Positions 1 to 10,389 of a DNA stretch of 64,000 nt are shown piece after piece. Each line of letters opens with the position of its first letter. Positions within the stretch are counted from its first letter, which is position 1. The notes below the pieces were generated by a model. It had not been told where the DNA came from. It did no database searches and saw only the letters and a list, made by a program, of their open reading frames with translations. Origin of the DNA: Candidatus Methanoxibalbensis ujae (GTDB taxonomy: Archaea; Halobacteriota; Syntropharchaeia; Alkanophagales; Methanospirareceae); contig JAOQIN010000002.1 in the NCBI GenBank assembly GCA_026134085.1, forward strand, positions 4,859-68,858, in the 5' to 3' direction. Both the position numbers and the translations under genes were made by a program.

Positions 1-1200
1 CCTCCCGCCTCGCATATACACGATCACAGCGGCAAATGAAATCATCACAATCCAAAATTCAAATCCCGGCACAGGGGTCGCAGTGGGAGTTGCGGTTGTT
101 GTCGTGGGTGTCGCAGGCGCAGTTGTAGGCGCAGGCGTGGTTGGTGTCGCAGGTGTCACATTGAATTCAGCAATAACCTCATCATACAGCGATGTGTCAA
201 ATATGTCGTCTGCCTGCAGCAGATGTATGCCACGAGCTTCATATCGCTTCCTGTTGAGATCGTAAATAACCTTCGCATACTCAACACCCGAGTCTATCAG
301 AACATGAGGGTCGTGAATCCACTGCATATCAGATATATTCAGCGATCTCAGGATGACAGAAACATTTTCATGCTGCCATTTTGCGAATATTTCTGCTGCT
401 TCTTCCGGATGTTTCTTCACATATTCGGTTGCGTTTATATGAGTTCGTATTATCTGCTTTACAAGCTCGGGATTCTCTCTTATAAGCTCTCCTCTCACCA
501 CGAGGCAGCAGCATGCATGATTCTTCCATATGTCGCCCGACCACTCAACGATGACTCCGCTCCCCTCGGATTCTATCTTGGCAGGCCACGGACTCGGCAG
601 GAAAACAGCATCAACGCTCCCGCTGCCAATTGCTGATGCCGCTTCTGAAGGTGACGCCTGAGATATTATCTGAACATCCTTCTCGGGGTCCATGCCGTTA
701 TCGGCGAGATATTTTGAAAGTATGGTGTGCTGGATAGAACCCGCTGGATATGTCCCTATTTTGCAACCTTTTAACGCCGCAATCCCTTTCTCACGGTATT
801 CATCCGCCAAATCACGACGCACAACAATGGCGGAGCCCTGAACCTGCACACCTGCAACAATCTTCGCATCCAACCCCTCATACATCGCTGCGATGGGAGG
901 TGCTGTCCCGACATACGCGACATCAATATCGCCTATGAGCATGGCATCCATCTCAGGCGGCCCCGTTGCAAATTCATTCAGCTTGACATCTTCAACGCCA
1001 AATCTCCTCAGATCCTGAAGCCACCACCCCTTCTCAGCTGCAACCATCGCAGCAACCTGATGCGTGCTCGGCTGGTAACCAATCACTATCACACCCGGAT
1101 CCCCATCGTCTTCAGCAGCAGCAGAAACAACGGAAAAACTCAGAAAAAAAACAAAAACAAAAACAACAGCAACAGCCGCAATCACAGATGTAATCCTCAT
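1..1200 (-). CDS. ABC-transporter-type substrate-binding protein (NMT1/SsuA-like) with PGF-CTERM-like anchor; 3' end runs off the window
   Basis: Absent from the ORF track because there is no stop in the window. The reverse strand is open from the ATG at 1198-1200 to base 1. It has an MRITSVIAAVAVVFVF signal, a periplasmic-binding-like body, a TP-rich linker, then PVPGFEFWIVMISFAAVIVYMRGG. The + strand ORFs here are shadows. Confidence 0.7.
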   Translation of the reverse strand, partial: MRITSVIAAVAVVFVFVFFLSFSVVSAAAEDDGDPGVIVIGYQPSTHQVAAMVAAEKGWWLQDLRRFGVEDVKLNEFATGPPEMDAMLIGDIDVAYVGTAPPIAAMYEGLDAKIVAGVQVQGSAIVVRRDLADEYREKGIAALKGCKIGTYPAGSIQHTILSKYLADNGMDPEKDVQIISQASPSEAASAIGSGSVDAVFLPSPWPAKIESEGSGVIVEWSGDIWKNHACCCLVVRGELIRENPELVKQIIRTHINATEYVKKHPEEAAEIFAKWQHENVSVILRSLNISDMQWIHDPHVLIDSGVEYAKVIYDLNRKRYEARGIHLLQADDIFDTSLYDEVIAEFNVTPATPTTPAPTTAPATPTTTTATPTATPVPGFEFWIVMISFAAVIVYMRGGR

Positions 1201-1777
1201 TTTCCATCCCCACATGACTCCCTGCATTCTTCTGAGAATTCACCACTTTTAAATTTTACTGTTTTGTGCATTAAATTGCCTAAAAAGGAAAATTTCTGAA
1301 CATCAGACACGCTTAAATCGCGAGGCTGCATTCATATTGTCTTGAGAGGCAATATATTTATCACAGATGAGTGGGCACAGAGAGCACAGCGCAGAGCACA
1401 CAGCGCTGCCACTGAGACAAAACAATGAAGCAATGAGACAGTAAACTACTCCCAGCTTTCGGAGGGAGCTTTATGCCTTCATCACGGCTCCGGCAATGGC
1501 TTGTTTACACAATAGCCCTCCTCAGAGCTATCCAGCCTCAAATCATCGCCAGAAACCTTCTCAACATTCCATTGGCAAAAGTTAAATACCTTTCCTCAAT
1601 ACCTTTCCACTCAACGCTCTCGCATGCTCCTTGGGGCGTTTGAGATGTAACAACCGAGACAGCGGAGATGAATCTTATGAAAAGATGAAAGAATTATTAG
1701 GAAATCGTGTAAAATTCCGAAATGTGGATATTCATCAAACGGAAAGAGAATGAGATGGACAGGAGGGCAAGGAGGAT

Positions 1778-2308
1778 ATGGGAGTTGCAGACGACATAAT
1801 CAGAGAGGTTCTGCTGAATGAAAAGGAGTTATCTGCTGTTTTTACGAGAAGGCTTATAAAACACAGGCTCGGTATGACGATAGAGGAATTCAGCAAGCGC
1901 TCGGGGATACCTGCAAGCACTCTTTATAAAATACTTTCGGGCAGAAGAGATCCAAATCTGAGGACATTCAGGAGGATAATAAACACGATAAGGCATATAG
2001 AGGGAGAAAACGAGAGGAAGAAGTTCATCGCTGTCATATCAGCGAGAGGGATCCTTGATGAAATTGACAGGCGTCGTGTGTATGTTGATGGGGATTTCAT
2101 GGAGATACGCGAGTATGCTGTGACGACAATGGAGGAGGCGATAATAAAAGCGATAAAAGCGGAGAAGGACGGTGCTTCAGCACTCGTCTGCGCACCCATC
2201 CTCAGTCCGACGGTGGAGAAAGTTGTGAGCATCCCTGTTGTGACGATAAAGCCGAGAACAAGTGTGTTGAGAGCAATAGATATCGCAGTCAAGAAAGTCA
2301 GGGATTGA
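1778..2308 (+). CDS. HTH (XRE-like) transcriptional regulator with C-terminal domain
   Basis: GMTIEEFSKRSGIPASTLYKILSGRRDPNLRTF is a classic HTH_3-type motif. The ORF is 176 aa with a GGAGG upstream. Confidence 0.6.
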   Translation: MGVADDIIREVLLNEKELSAVFTRRLIKHRLGMTIEEFSKRSGIPASTLYKILSGRRDPNLRTFRRIINTIRHIEGENERKKFIAVISARGILDEIDRRRVYVDGDFMEIREYAVTTMEEAIIKAIKAEKDGASALVCAPILSPTVEKVVSIPVVTIKPRTSVLRAIDIAVKKVRD

Positions 2309-2309
2309 T

Positions 2310-3662
2310 TTAATGGAGGCGACGGAGGTTGTCGCGGATATCACGCAATATCTCAGCATCTGATCTGAGAGGAAGAGGGCATTCCACAATTTTTTTCAGT
2401 TTCAGCGGGAGGCCGTCCATGCGATATGCGATGTCCTCCGCCTCAACACCTGTGATTGCTGATGGTATGAATACCGTTGCAAATTTTGATGTTATGCTCT
2501 CAAATGCATCTATCACGACAGTCGGTATTTTCAGCAGTGCGCTCGCGAAACGCCGGGGGAGTGATGAGAGAGGATCAGCACCAATGATGAGCGCGGCATC
2601 CACATCTCCTCGCTCAAGACTTCTCAACGCTGCTCCCGGTATGAAATCGGCGTCTGAATTATGAAAATCAACACTGAAGGGACGGCCTGTCTCACGCATG
2701 AGCAGCGTAACTGCGCCTACCACATTGAAGTGTCCCTTCATCGGAAATATGAAGAATCTCACACCATCTTCATTAAGCGTTTCAACGAGCGAGAGGAGTG
2801 CGTCCACGCATTTCAGCGCATCATCGCAACCGGCATCGTCGCAATTGCGGGGAGCTGATGAAAGCACGCCGAGACCTATGAATATGACGCCTGACGATGC
2901 GCTCTTCATCCTCTCCGCGATCGTGCTTATTGTTGCGAAGTCAAGTCCTTTCGCAAGCGTCTTCAATCCCTTAAAATCACCACTCACGATTTTACGCATG
3001 ATTTCGGCAACTCTCCAATCCTCACCGCATGGAACTCGCAGGAATATGCTCGCGATTTTCTTGAGAGGTGTCTCAACAGCGTCTATCACAATGAGCTCCC
3101 TGTCCTGAACTCCTTTCATCGCATAAAGACCAACTGGATAAAGTGAGAACTTGGAGAGATGGCGTGGATGTCCAGAAACGGGATTTGAGCCCCAGTATAT
3201 GATGAGATGCGCCTTGTCCCTTATCTGCTCAAGTGTCGCAAAATACAGCCGACCACCGGAGACGCCACACCTGCGCAGAATCGCCTGATAGAACAGATTA
3301 TGACATACAGATTCGGAATTCTCAATTATCCCGGATTTCATGCGTGCGATCTCCAGCGCGATGCGCTGTGCGTTATATCCAGTGTTGCTCAGCCCATACA
3401 CAAGAGGGTGATCCGCACATCTCAGAATTTCAACTGCTTCTCTCACCGCATCCTCATATTCAACTTCCTCACCTCGCAACCTCGGCTTCTCAGCTCTGTG
3501 CTCAGCACTTCCTTTCTTAAAGCGATTTGCACACATGAATTTCCTGACGCCGAGAACGCAGGCATTCCTCACCTCGGTTATCATGCCATCCCCGTTCACT
3601 GAGACAACAATGTCATCACACAGACATGCACAGAAAGGACACACAACATCCTCAATTATCAT
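2310..3662 (-). CDS. fwdB: formylmethanofuran dehydrogenase subunit B
   Basis: N-terminal CPFCACLCDDI Fe-S motif and a molybdopterin-oxidoreductase-like body. Its 450 aa is typical of FwdB/FmdB. Confidence 0.85.
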   Translation of the reverse strand: MIIEDVVCPFCACLCDDIVVSVNGDGMITEVRNACVLGVRKFMCANRFKKGSAEHRAEKPRLRGEEVEYEDAVREAVEILRCADHPLVYGLSNTGYNAQRIALEIARMKSGIIENSESVCHNLFYQAILRRCGVSGGRLYFATLEQIRDKAHLIIYWGSNPVSGHPRHLSKFSLYPVGLYAMKGVQDRELIVIDAVETPLKKIASIFLRVPCGEDWRVAEIMRKIVSGDFKGLKTLAKGLDFATISTIAERMKSASSGVIFIGLGVLSSAPRNCDDAGCDDALKCVDALLSLVETLNEDGVRFFIFPMKGHFNVVGAVTLLMRETGRPFSVDFHNSDADFIPGAALRSLERGDVDAALIIGADPLSSLPRRFASALLKIPTVVIDAFESITSKFATVFIPSAITGVEAEDIAYRMDGLPLKLKKIVECPLPLRSDAEILRDIRDNLRRLH

Positions 3663-4675
3663 GCGAAATCACCTTCGTCTCCTTCTCCCTCTATCATCCC
3701 TTCTCTTTTCAATCTGAAATCAATAACCACATGATATTTTCGCGGGCCAACTGAACGAACGACGCGCATCTCCTCCACACACACGCTCACGCTCATATCT
3801 TCCGCTCTTATTATGCTCATCGCTCTTTTATACGGCTCTCTGAACAGCTCATATCCTCCTTTTTTTCTTCTGTCCGCTCTCTCTTCTCCTCCAACCTTTC
3901 CCGCTGCTTCCATCAGGCCAGAAGCGCATTTCACAGCGTCCTGCACACGATCAGACACTCCGTCAGGGGCTCCTCTCCCCACCGAGGAAAAAGCAACATC
4001 ATAATAATGTATTGCATTAACATCGGGCAACTTCACAACATCTGCGAGGAATTCATGTGCTTTATCAGGTAGAGGCATAAGAACCCTTGATATTTCTCCG
4101 ATATCCTTCAAAACATCTCTCGCATCTCCCAATATTGGTACGACTCTGTCTTCAACATTGTTCAGGCGTATGTTCTCACACATATAGTGATATGCAACGG
4201 GATTGATATCAATTGAGTAAATTTTTCTGACATTTGGTTGAACTTTTGCAATGATTATGGAAAAACATCCGACGCCTGCGAACATGTTTACGACTGTTTC
4301 CCCCTCTCTCACTTTCCTTGCGACTCGCATTCGCTCGTAAGCCAGGCGTGGAGAGAAGAATGCATTGCGGATATCTACCTTGAACACACATCCGCTCTCT
4401 TTATGTATTGTTTCAGTGCGCTCCTCGCCGAATATGATATCCAAGTCTCTTGTTCTGAATGTGTCATGAGTTCTGCCGAACAGTGGAACGGCGGCAATCA
4501 CCCTCGCATGCGGAAATGCTTTCTTCAGTGCATGTCCTATCTCACTTTTCCTCTTTCTCAGATCAGGATGCAGCTTCACCAGAAGAACATCTCCTATCAT
4601 GTCGTAAGAGCGGACGAGCTTCTGCATCTCCTCATCAGTCAGCACTTCTCTCAACGCACGCTTGATGAGCGACAC
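3659..4675 (-). CDS. Trm5/Met-10+ family tRNA (m1G37) methyltransferase-like protein
   Basis: VVNMFAGVGCFSIIIAK SAM motif, a DINP motif and a Met-10+-like layout. It overlaps fwdB by 4 bp. Confidence 0.7.
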   Translation of the reverse strand: MSLIKRALREVLTDEEMQKLVRSYDMIGDVLLVKLHPDLRKRKSEIGHALKKAFPHARVIAAVPLFGRTHDTFRTRDLDIIFGEERTETIHKESGCVFKVDIRNAFFSPRLAYERMRVARKVREGETVVNMFAGVGCFSIIIAKVQPNVRKIYSIDINPVAYHYMCENIRLNNVEDRVVPILGDARDVLKDIGEISRVLMPLPDKAHEFLADVVKLPDVNAIHYYDVAFSSVGRGAPDGVSDRVQDAVKCASGLMEAAGKVGGEERADRRKKGGYELFREPYKRAMSIIRAEDMSVSVCVEEMRVVRSVGPRKYHVVIDFRLKREGMIEGEGDEGDFA

Positions 4676-6005
4676 TCATCTCACCTCCCTCTCAGTTATT
4701 TATCATGAGGAGAATTCTTTCATTGTGAGCGCACGAATAACAGATGTGAGGGGCAGGGAAATTCTTGACTCAAGAGGTAATCCGACGGTTGAGGCGGAAG
4801 TTCGCACTGAAGACGGTAATCTGGGCAGGGCATCTGTCCCCTCAGGCGCATCAACAGGTAAAAGAGAGGCGGTTGAGCTGCGAAATGGTGGAAAACGATA
4901 CATGGGCAAAGGGGTTTTAAAAGCAGTTGAAGCGATTAACACTGAAATAAGAGATGCAATCGTCGGAATGGACGCTGCAGAGCAGATTGAAATAGATAAA
5001 ACACTCATATCCCTCGACGGAACGGAAAACAAATCCAGACTCGGCGCAAACGCAATACTCGCAACCTCGCTCGCCGCATGCAGGGCTGCCTCTGATGCTC
5101 TGAATAAGCCGCTGCACAAACACATAGCGGACATCCTCACGCAAATCAGCGCGGCATATGATGTTGAGAGGAATGATGATAATGGCCTGCCGACGCCCAT
5201 GTTCAATGTGATCAACGGAGGAAAACACGCCGGTAACGATCTCAGCATACAGGAATTTCTCATAATACCTGCGGGATTAAAGCTTTTCAGCGATAAGCTG
5301 CGCGCTGGTGCCGAGATTTATCACACATTGAAGAAAATTCTTGAGCGCAAATATGGGAAATCAGCAACAAATGTCGGTGATGAAGGAGGTTATGCACCTC
5401 CAATGCGCACGACAGCAGATGCTATGGATGCATTGTCAGATGCCATTTCTGAATCTGGCTATGAGGATGAGGTGAAAATGGGAATAGACGCTGCTGCATC
5501 AACATTTTATGATGAGCACACAGGCAAGTATGCAGTTGATGGCAATATGCTTGATGGCGGTGAGATTATTGAGTTCTACAGGGAAATCACGCTGAAATAT
5601 CCCGTTATACTCATAGAAGACCCTTTTGAGGAGAATTCATTTGAATTGTTCGCGGAACTGACTGCGAAACTGGCGAATATTATAATCGTTGGAGATGATC
5701 TTTTTGTCACTTCCGTTAAGAGATTGCGAGAAGGTATTGAGAGAGGGGCGGCTAATGCCATTTTGCTCAAATTAAATCAGGTTGGAACGCTCACAGAAAC
5801 GATAAATGCGGCAATTCTCGCTGAGAAGCACGGATACAAGCGAGTTGTGAGTCATCGCTCAGGGGAGACGGAGGACACATTCATAGCCGATTTTTCCGTC
5901 GGAATTCACGCTGATCTCATAAAATCAGGAGCTCCCGCAAGAGGAGAGAGGACATGCAAATACAATCAGCTGCTGCGCATAGAAGAGCAGAAAATGGAGG
6001 TATAA
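4662..6005 (+). CDS. eno: enolase
   Basis: REILDSRGNPTVEAEV, SHRSGETED and LLKLNQVGTLTE signature blocks. The true start may lie downstream of 4662. Confidence 0.95.
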   Translation: MMSDTHLTSLSVIYHEENSFIVSARITDVRGREILDSRGNPTVEAEVRTEDGNLGRASVPSGASTGKREAVELRNGGKRYMGKGVLKAVEAINTEIRDAIVGMDAAEQIEIDKTLISLDGTENKSRLGANAILATSLAACRAASDALNKPLHKHIADILTQISAAYDVERNDDNGLPTPMFNVINGGKHAGNDLSIQEFLIIPAGLKLFSDKLRAGAEIYHTLKKILERKYGKSATNVGDEGGYAPPMRTTADAMDALSDAISESGYEDEVKMGIDAAASTFYDEHTGKYAVDGNMLDGGEIIEFYREITLKYPVILIEDPFEENSFELFAELTAKLANIIIVGDDLFVTSVKRLREGIERGAANAILLKLNQVGTLTETINAAILAEKHGYKRVVSHRSGETEDTFIADFSVGIHADLIKSGAPARGERTCKYNQLLRIEEQKMEV

Positions 6006-6116
6006 TGGTGATAAACAGATAACAGATAATAAAAACAGATAATAAAATAAGAGGGTAAAATAAGAATAAGAAGGAGGAACCTCGCTCCGCTGTTCTGAGT
6101 TGCGAGTTGCGTGTGA

Positions 6117-6770
6117 ATGCTGCATGCGCTGCGCAGAGGTGTTCAGATGATTGACTGTGTGAGCAAAATCGCAATCATATTTTCAGTTATTGGTGTAATA
6201 TGCATGTATTTCATTTCCATTTTATCCTTTCCGCCGCTCGTTCCTTTGGGGGAGGTGCATATTCATGAGGGTTCTGTTGTGAGAGTGCGAGGATTTGTTG
6301 ATGATATAGGCATAACACGCGCCGGAAATGCTATTTTGACACTTGTTAACTGCTCTGACAGCATCAAAATATTTGTTTATGATGCGAAGCGGAGTTTTGA
6401 CTTGAGGAGAGGGGATGAAGTTGAGGTTGAGGGCACTGTTGTTTTCCGCGGTGATTATGAGATATCAACCACAATTGAGCGCATCCGCAGGGTTGAGGAG
6501 AGCGCGTGCATCGTTTTTTCGGTATCGCAGATAGCATCAGAACCGCTGAAATTCATGGGCAGGAGGATACGCGTCTCTGGATTTGTCTGCAGGTTATACA
6601 AGCGTGTGCTCTATCTGTGTGATAACAGCAGTGGTGTCGGAATGCTCCGCGTAATTAAGCAGGAGGAAAAAGAAATCTCTGTGGGAGAGCGTGTTGATGT
6701 TGAGGGATATCTCACATATGATCCGGAGGGCATGCGTTACGAGTTCATAGCGACATCCTTCGTTCGCTGA
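6117..6770 (+). CDS. membrane-anchored hypothetical protein with two OB-fold-like repeats
   Basis: N-terminal TM segment followed by two similar V-R-V-x-G-F-V...E-V-E-G beta-rich modules. No function could be assigned. Confidence 0.45.
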   Translation: MLHALRRGVQMIDCVSKIAIIFSVIGVICMYFISILSFPPLVPLGEVHIHEGSVVRVRGFVDDIGITRAGNAILTLVNCSDSIKIFVYDAKRSFDLRRGDEVEVEGTVVFRGDYEISTTIERIRRVEESACIVFSVSQIASEPLKFMGRRIRVSGFVCRLYKRVLYLCDNSSGVGMLRVIKQEEKEISVGERVDVEGYLTYDPEGMRYEFIATSFVR

Positions 6771-6798
6771 GCGATTGTTGTGACTTATTGCCATGTCC

Positions 6799-8253
6799 TT
6801 ATTGCCATGTCTTGACATTTGATATGATTATTGCTCCTTCTCTCGTGCGTTTAACCGCGTTGTCAAGCGCTTCATCCAGGCTTTTCACAATAATCATTTT
6901 TTCCCGTTTACATGAGATGACATCACGAAATTTCTCACCCACAACAATTATCGAGCAAAAATCGTCATATTTGCGCTCTATCACACTCCTCAGCTCCTCA
7001 GCATCCACTCCCTCACACACATATTCAGATTCCTCGCCTATGATCAGCACACGCTCACTGTCGCCTGCGCCGCGGCACTGTTCTCCCTCTGCAACATGCA
7101 CAGCAGCGGTATCTGCAAGAGCCTCCGCATGATGCAGAAATTTCAGGTTTGTGCCCGAGTTTGAGTTGTCAATGAGTATCCTGCCTCTGAATTTTTTGAC
7201 GCTCATTCTGTGGTCAACTGCTCTCAATCTTCTGCTGAGATTTTCAGGTTGCACTCCCAAAGACAGTGCGGCAGTGATTGCAAGCTCAGCAGCATTGCGA
7301 TAAAAATCGTTCTTCATCTCGCATTTAAAAGTGAAATTCCCTTTTATTGTTCCTTTAAGCGTCCTCAAATTGAAAACTGCTTTTAAATCATCTTCAGCGT
7401 TATCGTTCGTTGCGTTTGTTGCATTTGTTGCGTTTGTTGCATCATCGAACAGGCGCAGGTGTTTTGATGCTATGTTGATCACGCCATCGTAGGCGTATTC
7501 GGGAAAAGATTCCGAAGTAACCAATATGCCTCTGAAATTTCTGAGGGATGAGAGTTTTGCATCTGATGCGTTTTTTGTGTTTCCCGCAATCTTGTAGTCT
7601 GGATGGAGTGTTGTGATGACGCCAACATCGCCAATGCCTGTGAGACCGAGAGAGACCTCAAAAATTGCGTTTTCAACTTCTAATCCCTCAGCCTCCGCAT
7701 ATCGCATCGCTTTCAGAATTGATGCCGGTGTTATGCTAAGTCGCAGAGGGAGTGTGCGGCGTTCATCGCACCAGTATCTGAAACCAGCACTCGTGAGTGA
7801 AAGCACTCGATTTGGAGAGAGGAGCTGGGATATCATCTCGCATACAGTTGTTTTTGCAGTGGTTCCTGTGACTTCAACAACAGCACTCACACACTCAAAC
7901 ACGGAAGTTGCTATGGCTATCTCGCGCACGGCGTCATGATGTGTTATGACAGCTACACCATCTTCCTCTGTGCCTCTGCTTCTCTCATCGCCCTCATCGC
8001 CCTTGTCCGCTGTGCGGGTGTCATGAATCCTCGTGCCACGAATCCTCATCAAGATCTTCTGAAGAAGTGAGGGATTCAGGTGCACGGGCGAGATGATGAG
8101 GTCAAATCTGCGAGGTGGTGGATACAATGTTCTGTAAGGATTCATTCCGACCGCTTCCTTACCGAGAGATCGCAACTCCTCCTCTATTATCCTGCCGCCG
8201 TGAATCGTATCCAACACCAAAATACTCTCAGCATCTTTTATCACACCGCGCAT
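6799..8253 (-). CDS. Mur-ligase-family protein, probable coenzyme F430 synthetase (CfbE-like)
   Basis: VVEVTGTTAKTTV matches the Mur ligase P-loop. The N-terminal VLDTIHGG block and the size resemble methanogen CfbE. It contains an NATNATNATN insert. Confidence 0.6.
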   Translation of the reverse strand: MRGVIKDAESILVLDTIHGGRIIEEELRSLGKEAVGMNPYRTLYPPPRRFDLIISPVHLNPSLLQKILMRIRGTRIHDTRTADKGDEGDERSRGTEEDGVAVITHHDAVREIAIATSVFECVSAVVEVTGTTAKTTVCEMISQLLSPNRVLSLTSAGFRYWCDERRTLPLRLSITPASILKAMRYAEAEGLEVENAIFEVSLGLTGIGDVGVITTLHPDYKIAGNTKNASDAKLSSLRNFRGILVTSESFPEYAYDGVINIASKHLRLFDDATNATNATNATNDNAEDDLKAVFNLRTLKGTIKGNFTFKCEMKNDFYRNAAELAITAALSLGVQPENLSRRLRAVDHRMSVKKFRGRILIDNSNSGTNLKFLHHAEALADTAAVHVAEGEQCRGAGDSERVLIIGEESEYVCEGVDAEELRSVIERKYDDFCSIIVVGEKFRDVISCKREKMIIVKSLDEALDNAVKRTREGAIIISNVKTWQ

Positions 8254-8432
8254 CTTTCTCTGTTCCTTCTCCTTCTATTTGAAGGTGAGTCGCTGTCTCT
8301 GCGTGAGAGGTTGGACTGACGGTAACCCCAGAAGAACAGGCATCAGATGATGAATGATGACCGTGATGATTATGATGATTGTGATGAGATGATGAGATGA
8401 TAAGATTATGATGTTGATGTGATAATACGAAA

Positions 8433-9035
8433 GTGAGTATGGAAAGGGCGATGAGCACGGACACATATAAGGATGAAGCGAAGCTGATGAGGGGCAGGCA
8501 CTCCACAGTATTTATCACAGGCGACACTGTCATAAAGATATTTCCACAATCGCTTTTCCAGAACTTCTGGAAGGAAGTGAAATATCTTTCAATGCTTCAA
8601 TCATTTGGGTTTGTTCCCAAATTATACGAATTTAACGCTCTGAATCTTGAGATAAAAATGGAGTATGTCAGGGGTGTCATCATAAAAAAGTGGATAAACA
8701 CAGCGGATTATGATGAGATTATTGATGTGCTCCGTTCTTGCATGGATATATGCAGGAAACTTGATGAAATGCGCATACAGAAGGAGGAGATGAACCACCC
8801 CGACAAGCATATTATCGTGCAGCCTGGCAGAATTGTGTTCATAGACTTTGAGCGTGCACATTCATCAGTGCATCCCAAAAATGTCACGCAGTTCCTCATG
8901 TATCTGAGCAAAATAGGAATTGTGCGCATATATCCTGATATAATTGAAAAGATGCGTGAATACAAGCGAAAGCTCGACAGCAGATCATATATGATGCTCA
9001 AAAAGAGCATATTCCCAAAAGCGGGAGAGGGGTGA
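8433..9035 (+). CDS. small Bud32/RIO-like kinase-fold protein (tentative)
   Basis: About 200 aa with a kinase-like layout (VIK lysine block, MEYV hinge, FIDFERA), but the catalytic loop is atypical. Confidence 0.4.
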   Translation: MSMERAMSTDTYKDEAKLMRGRHSTVFITGDTVIKIFPQSLFQNFWKEVKYLSMLQSFGFVPKLYEFNALNLEIKMEYVRGVIIKKWINTADYDEIIDVLRSCMDICRKLDEMRIQKEEMNHPDKHIIVQPGRIVFIDFERAHSSVHPKNVTQFLMYLSKIGIVRIYPDIIEKMREYKRKLDSRSYMMLKKSIFPKAGEG

Positions 9036-9056
9036 TATGTCATTCGCTGCATATTT

Positions 9057-9776
9057 GTGATGGATCTGAAGGATGGCATAGTCGTGCATGCACGCAGGGG
9101 CGAGCGTGTCAAATACGCACCAGTTCACAAATTCAGCTCAATAGTGTCATCCTCAGACCCTCTTCATGTGATAAGCGCAGTGAGACCTTCGGAAGTTTAT
9201 ATTGCCGATTTGGACAGGATCATGTATGAAAAAAGCAGTAATAGAAATGTGATCTCTGCTATCAGAGATGTAGTTGGCGAAATAATGATTGATTACGGCG
9301 TCAGAAGTGTTGAAGATGCGCTTGAAGCTGCTGAAATCGCGAATAATGTGGTCATAGGAACTGAAACAGCATCGCTGAAATTGATAGATGATGTCATTCG
9401 CGGAATTCCGGGCGGCGTTAATGTGAGTGTAAGTGTTGATATAAAAAACGGAAAAATTCTTACGAAAGATCCCGAAATTTCAAAATTTCATCCACTTTCA
9501 TTCATTAAATTGATGAATGAATACGCATTAAATGATATTATTGTGCTTGATATCGACAGGATAGGCACAAAAGAAGGTGTGAATATTGATTTTTTGAGAG
9601 ATGCAGTGCGGATATCATCACACAATGTTCTGTGTGGCGGTGGCGTGCGCGGCTGTGATGATTTGAAAATTTTGAAATCAGCAGGTGTTTCAGGAGTATT
9701 GGTTGCGACGGCTGTTCATGACGGCTCTGTTCCTCCCGAGCATCTGAGAGCTGAAGATGCCGCATCCGGATATTGA
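9057..9776 (+). CDS. HisA/HisF-family TIM-barrel protein
   Basis: MDLKDGIVVH...VYIADLDRI...GGGVR...GVLVATAVH pattern typical of the HisA/HisF superfamily. Confidence 0.65.
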   Translation: MMDLKDGIVVHARRGERVKYAPVHKFSSIVSSSDPLHVISAVRPSEVYIADLDRIMYEKSSNRNVISAIRDVVGEIMIDYGVRSVEDALEAAEIANNVVIGTETASLKLIDDVIRGIPGGVNVSVSVDIKNGKILTKDPEISKFHPLSFIKLMNEYALNDIIVLDIDRIGTKEGVNIDFLRDAVRISSHNVLCGGGVRGCDDLKILKSAGVSGVLVATAVHDGSVPPEHLRAEDAASGY

Positions 9777-9789
9777 GCATAATCAGATT

Positions 9790-10389
9790 TCAGAGTTCAT
9801 CTCCCGTCAGCCGGGATGGACGTGTGAGCGTTTGAGCCATAATAGCGTTTGAGCCATAAATTTCATTTATGAAGGGTATCAGCGCCATAATCACGCACAT
9901 TTCAGTTATTTCACTGCGGTTTGTGAGGTTTTTGCTCAAGAAGCCCACTGCACCTGTTTTCTCACCTATGTTTTTCACGCCTGTCAGCGCTTCATATGCG
10001 CGCTCTATTTCCTCACCTCTGCGGATGACTCGCTCAATCACTGTGTGAGGATGAGCAAATCCAGGTCCGCAGCCGAGTGAGGTCATGCCGTCACGAGACG
10101 TTATCGCGCACCACTGAAAATCAAAAAAAGAATCTGCCACACGGAACAACCCCGCTTCAATGCCGACGCCCATATCTGCGTTCTCGCAATTTCTGAGGGC
10201 TTCCCTTGCGCGATTCAGCGCGCCTTTTATCGTTTCGTCGTTTAAAGGCTGCGGAGGAACACCCGAATTGACTTTGACAGCATAAACACGAACATCACAG
10301 AACACACGGGAAAACACTGATTCAACTGCGGAAACCTTCACCCTGTTCTCACTGCCCACAGCGACACAGATTGCACTCAACACAGACAC
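9790..10389 (-). CDS. non-canonical purine NTP phosphatase (YjjX/DUF84 family)
   Basis: VAVGSENRVKVSAVESVF N-terminus and a size of about 180-200 aa. It overlaps the pheT stop. Confidence 0.7.
   Translation of the reverse strand: MSVLSAICVAVGSENRVKVSAVESVFSRVFCDVRVYAVKVNSGVPPQPLNDETIKGALNRAREALRNCENADMGVGIEAGLFRVADSFFDFQWCAITSRDGMTSLGCGPGFAHPHTVIERVIRRGEEIERAYEALTGVKNIGEKTGAVGFLSKNLTNRSEITEMCVIMALIPFINEIYGSNAIMAQTLTRPSRLTGDEL

Noticed and set aside
83-1299. + strand ORFs 83-265, 223-636, 750-938 and 1060-1299
   Set aside because: They are low-complexity or odd-composition shadows opposite a continuous 400-codon minus-strand frame that encodes a recognisable substrate-binding protein.
8335-8430. 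GAT/ATG-rich microsatellite-like tract between the CfbE-like and kinase-like genes
   Set aside because: It is a short low-complexity divergent-promoter spacer. The His-rich ORFs it creates (8228-8533, 8275-8466) have no support, and similar ATCAT-rich spacers occur upstream of other genes here.
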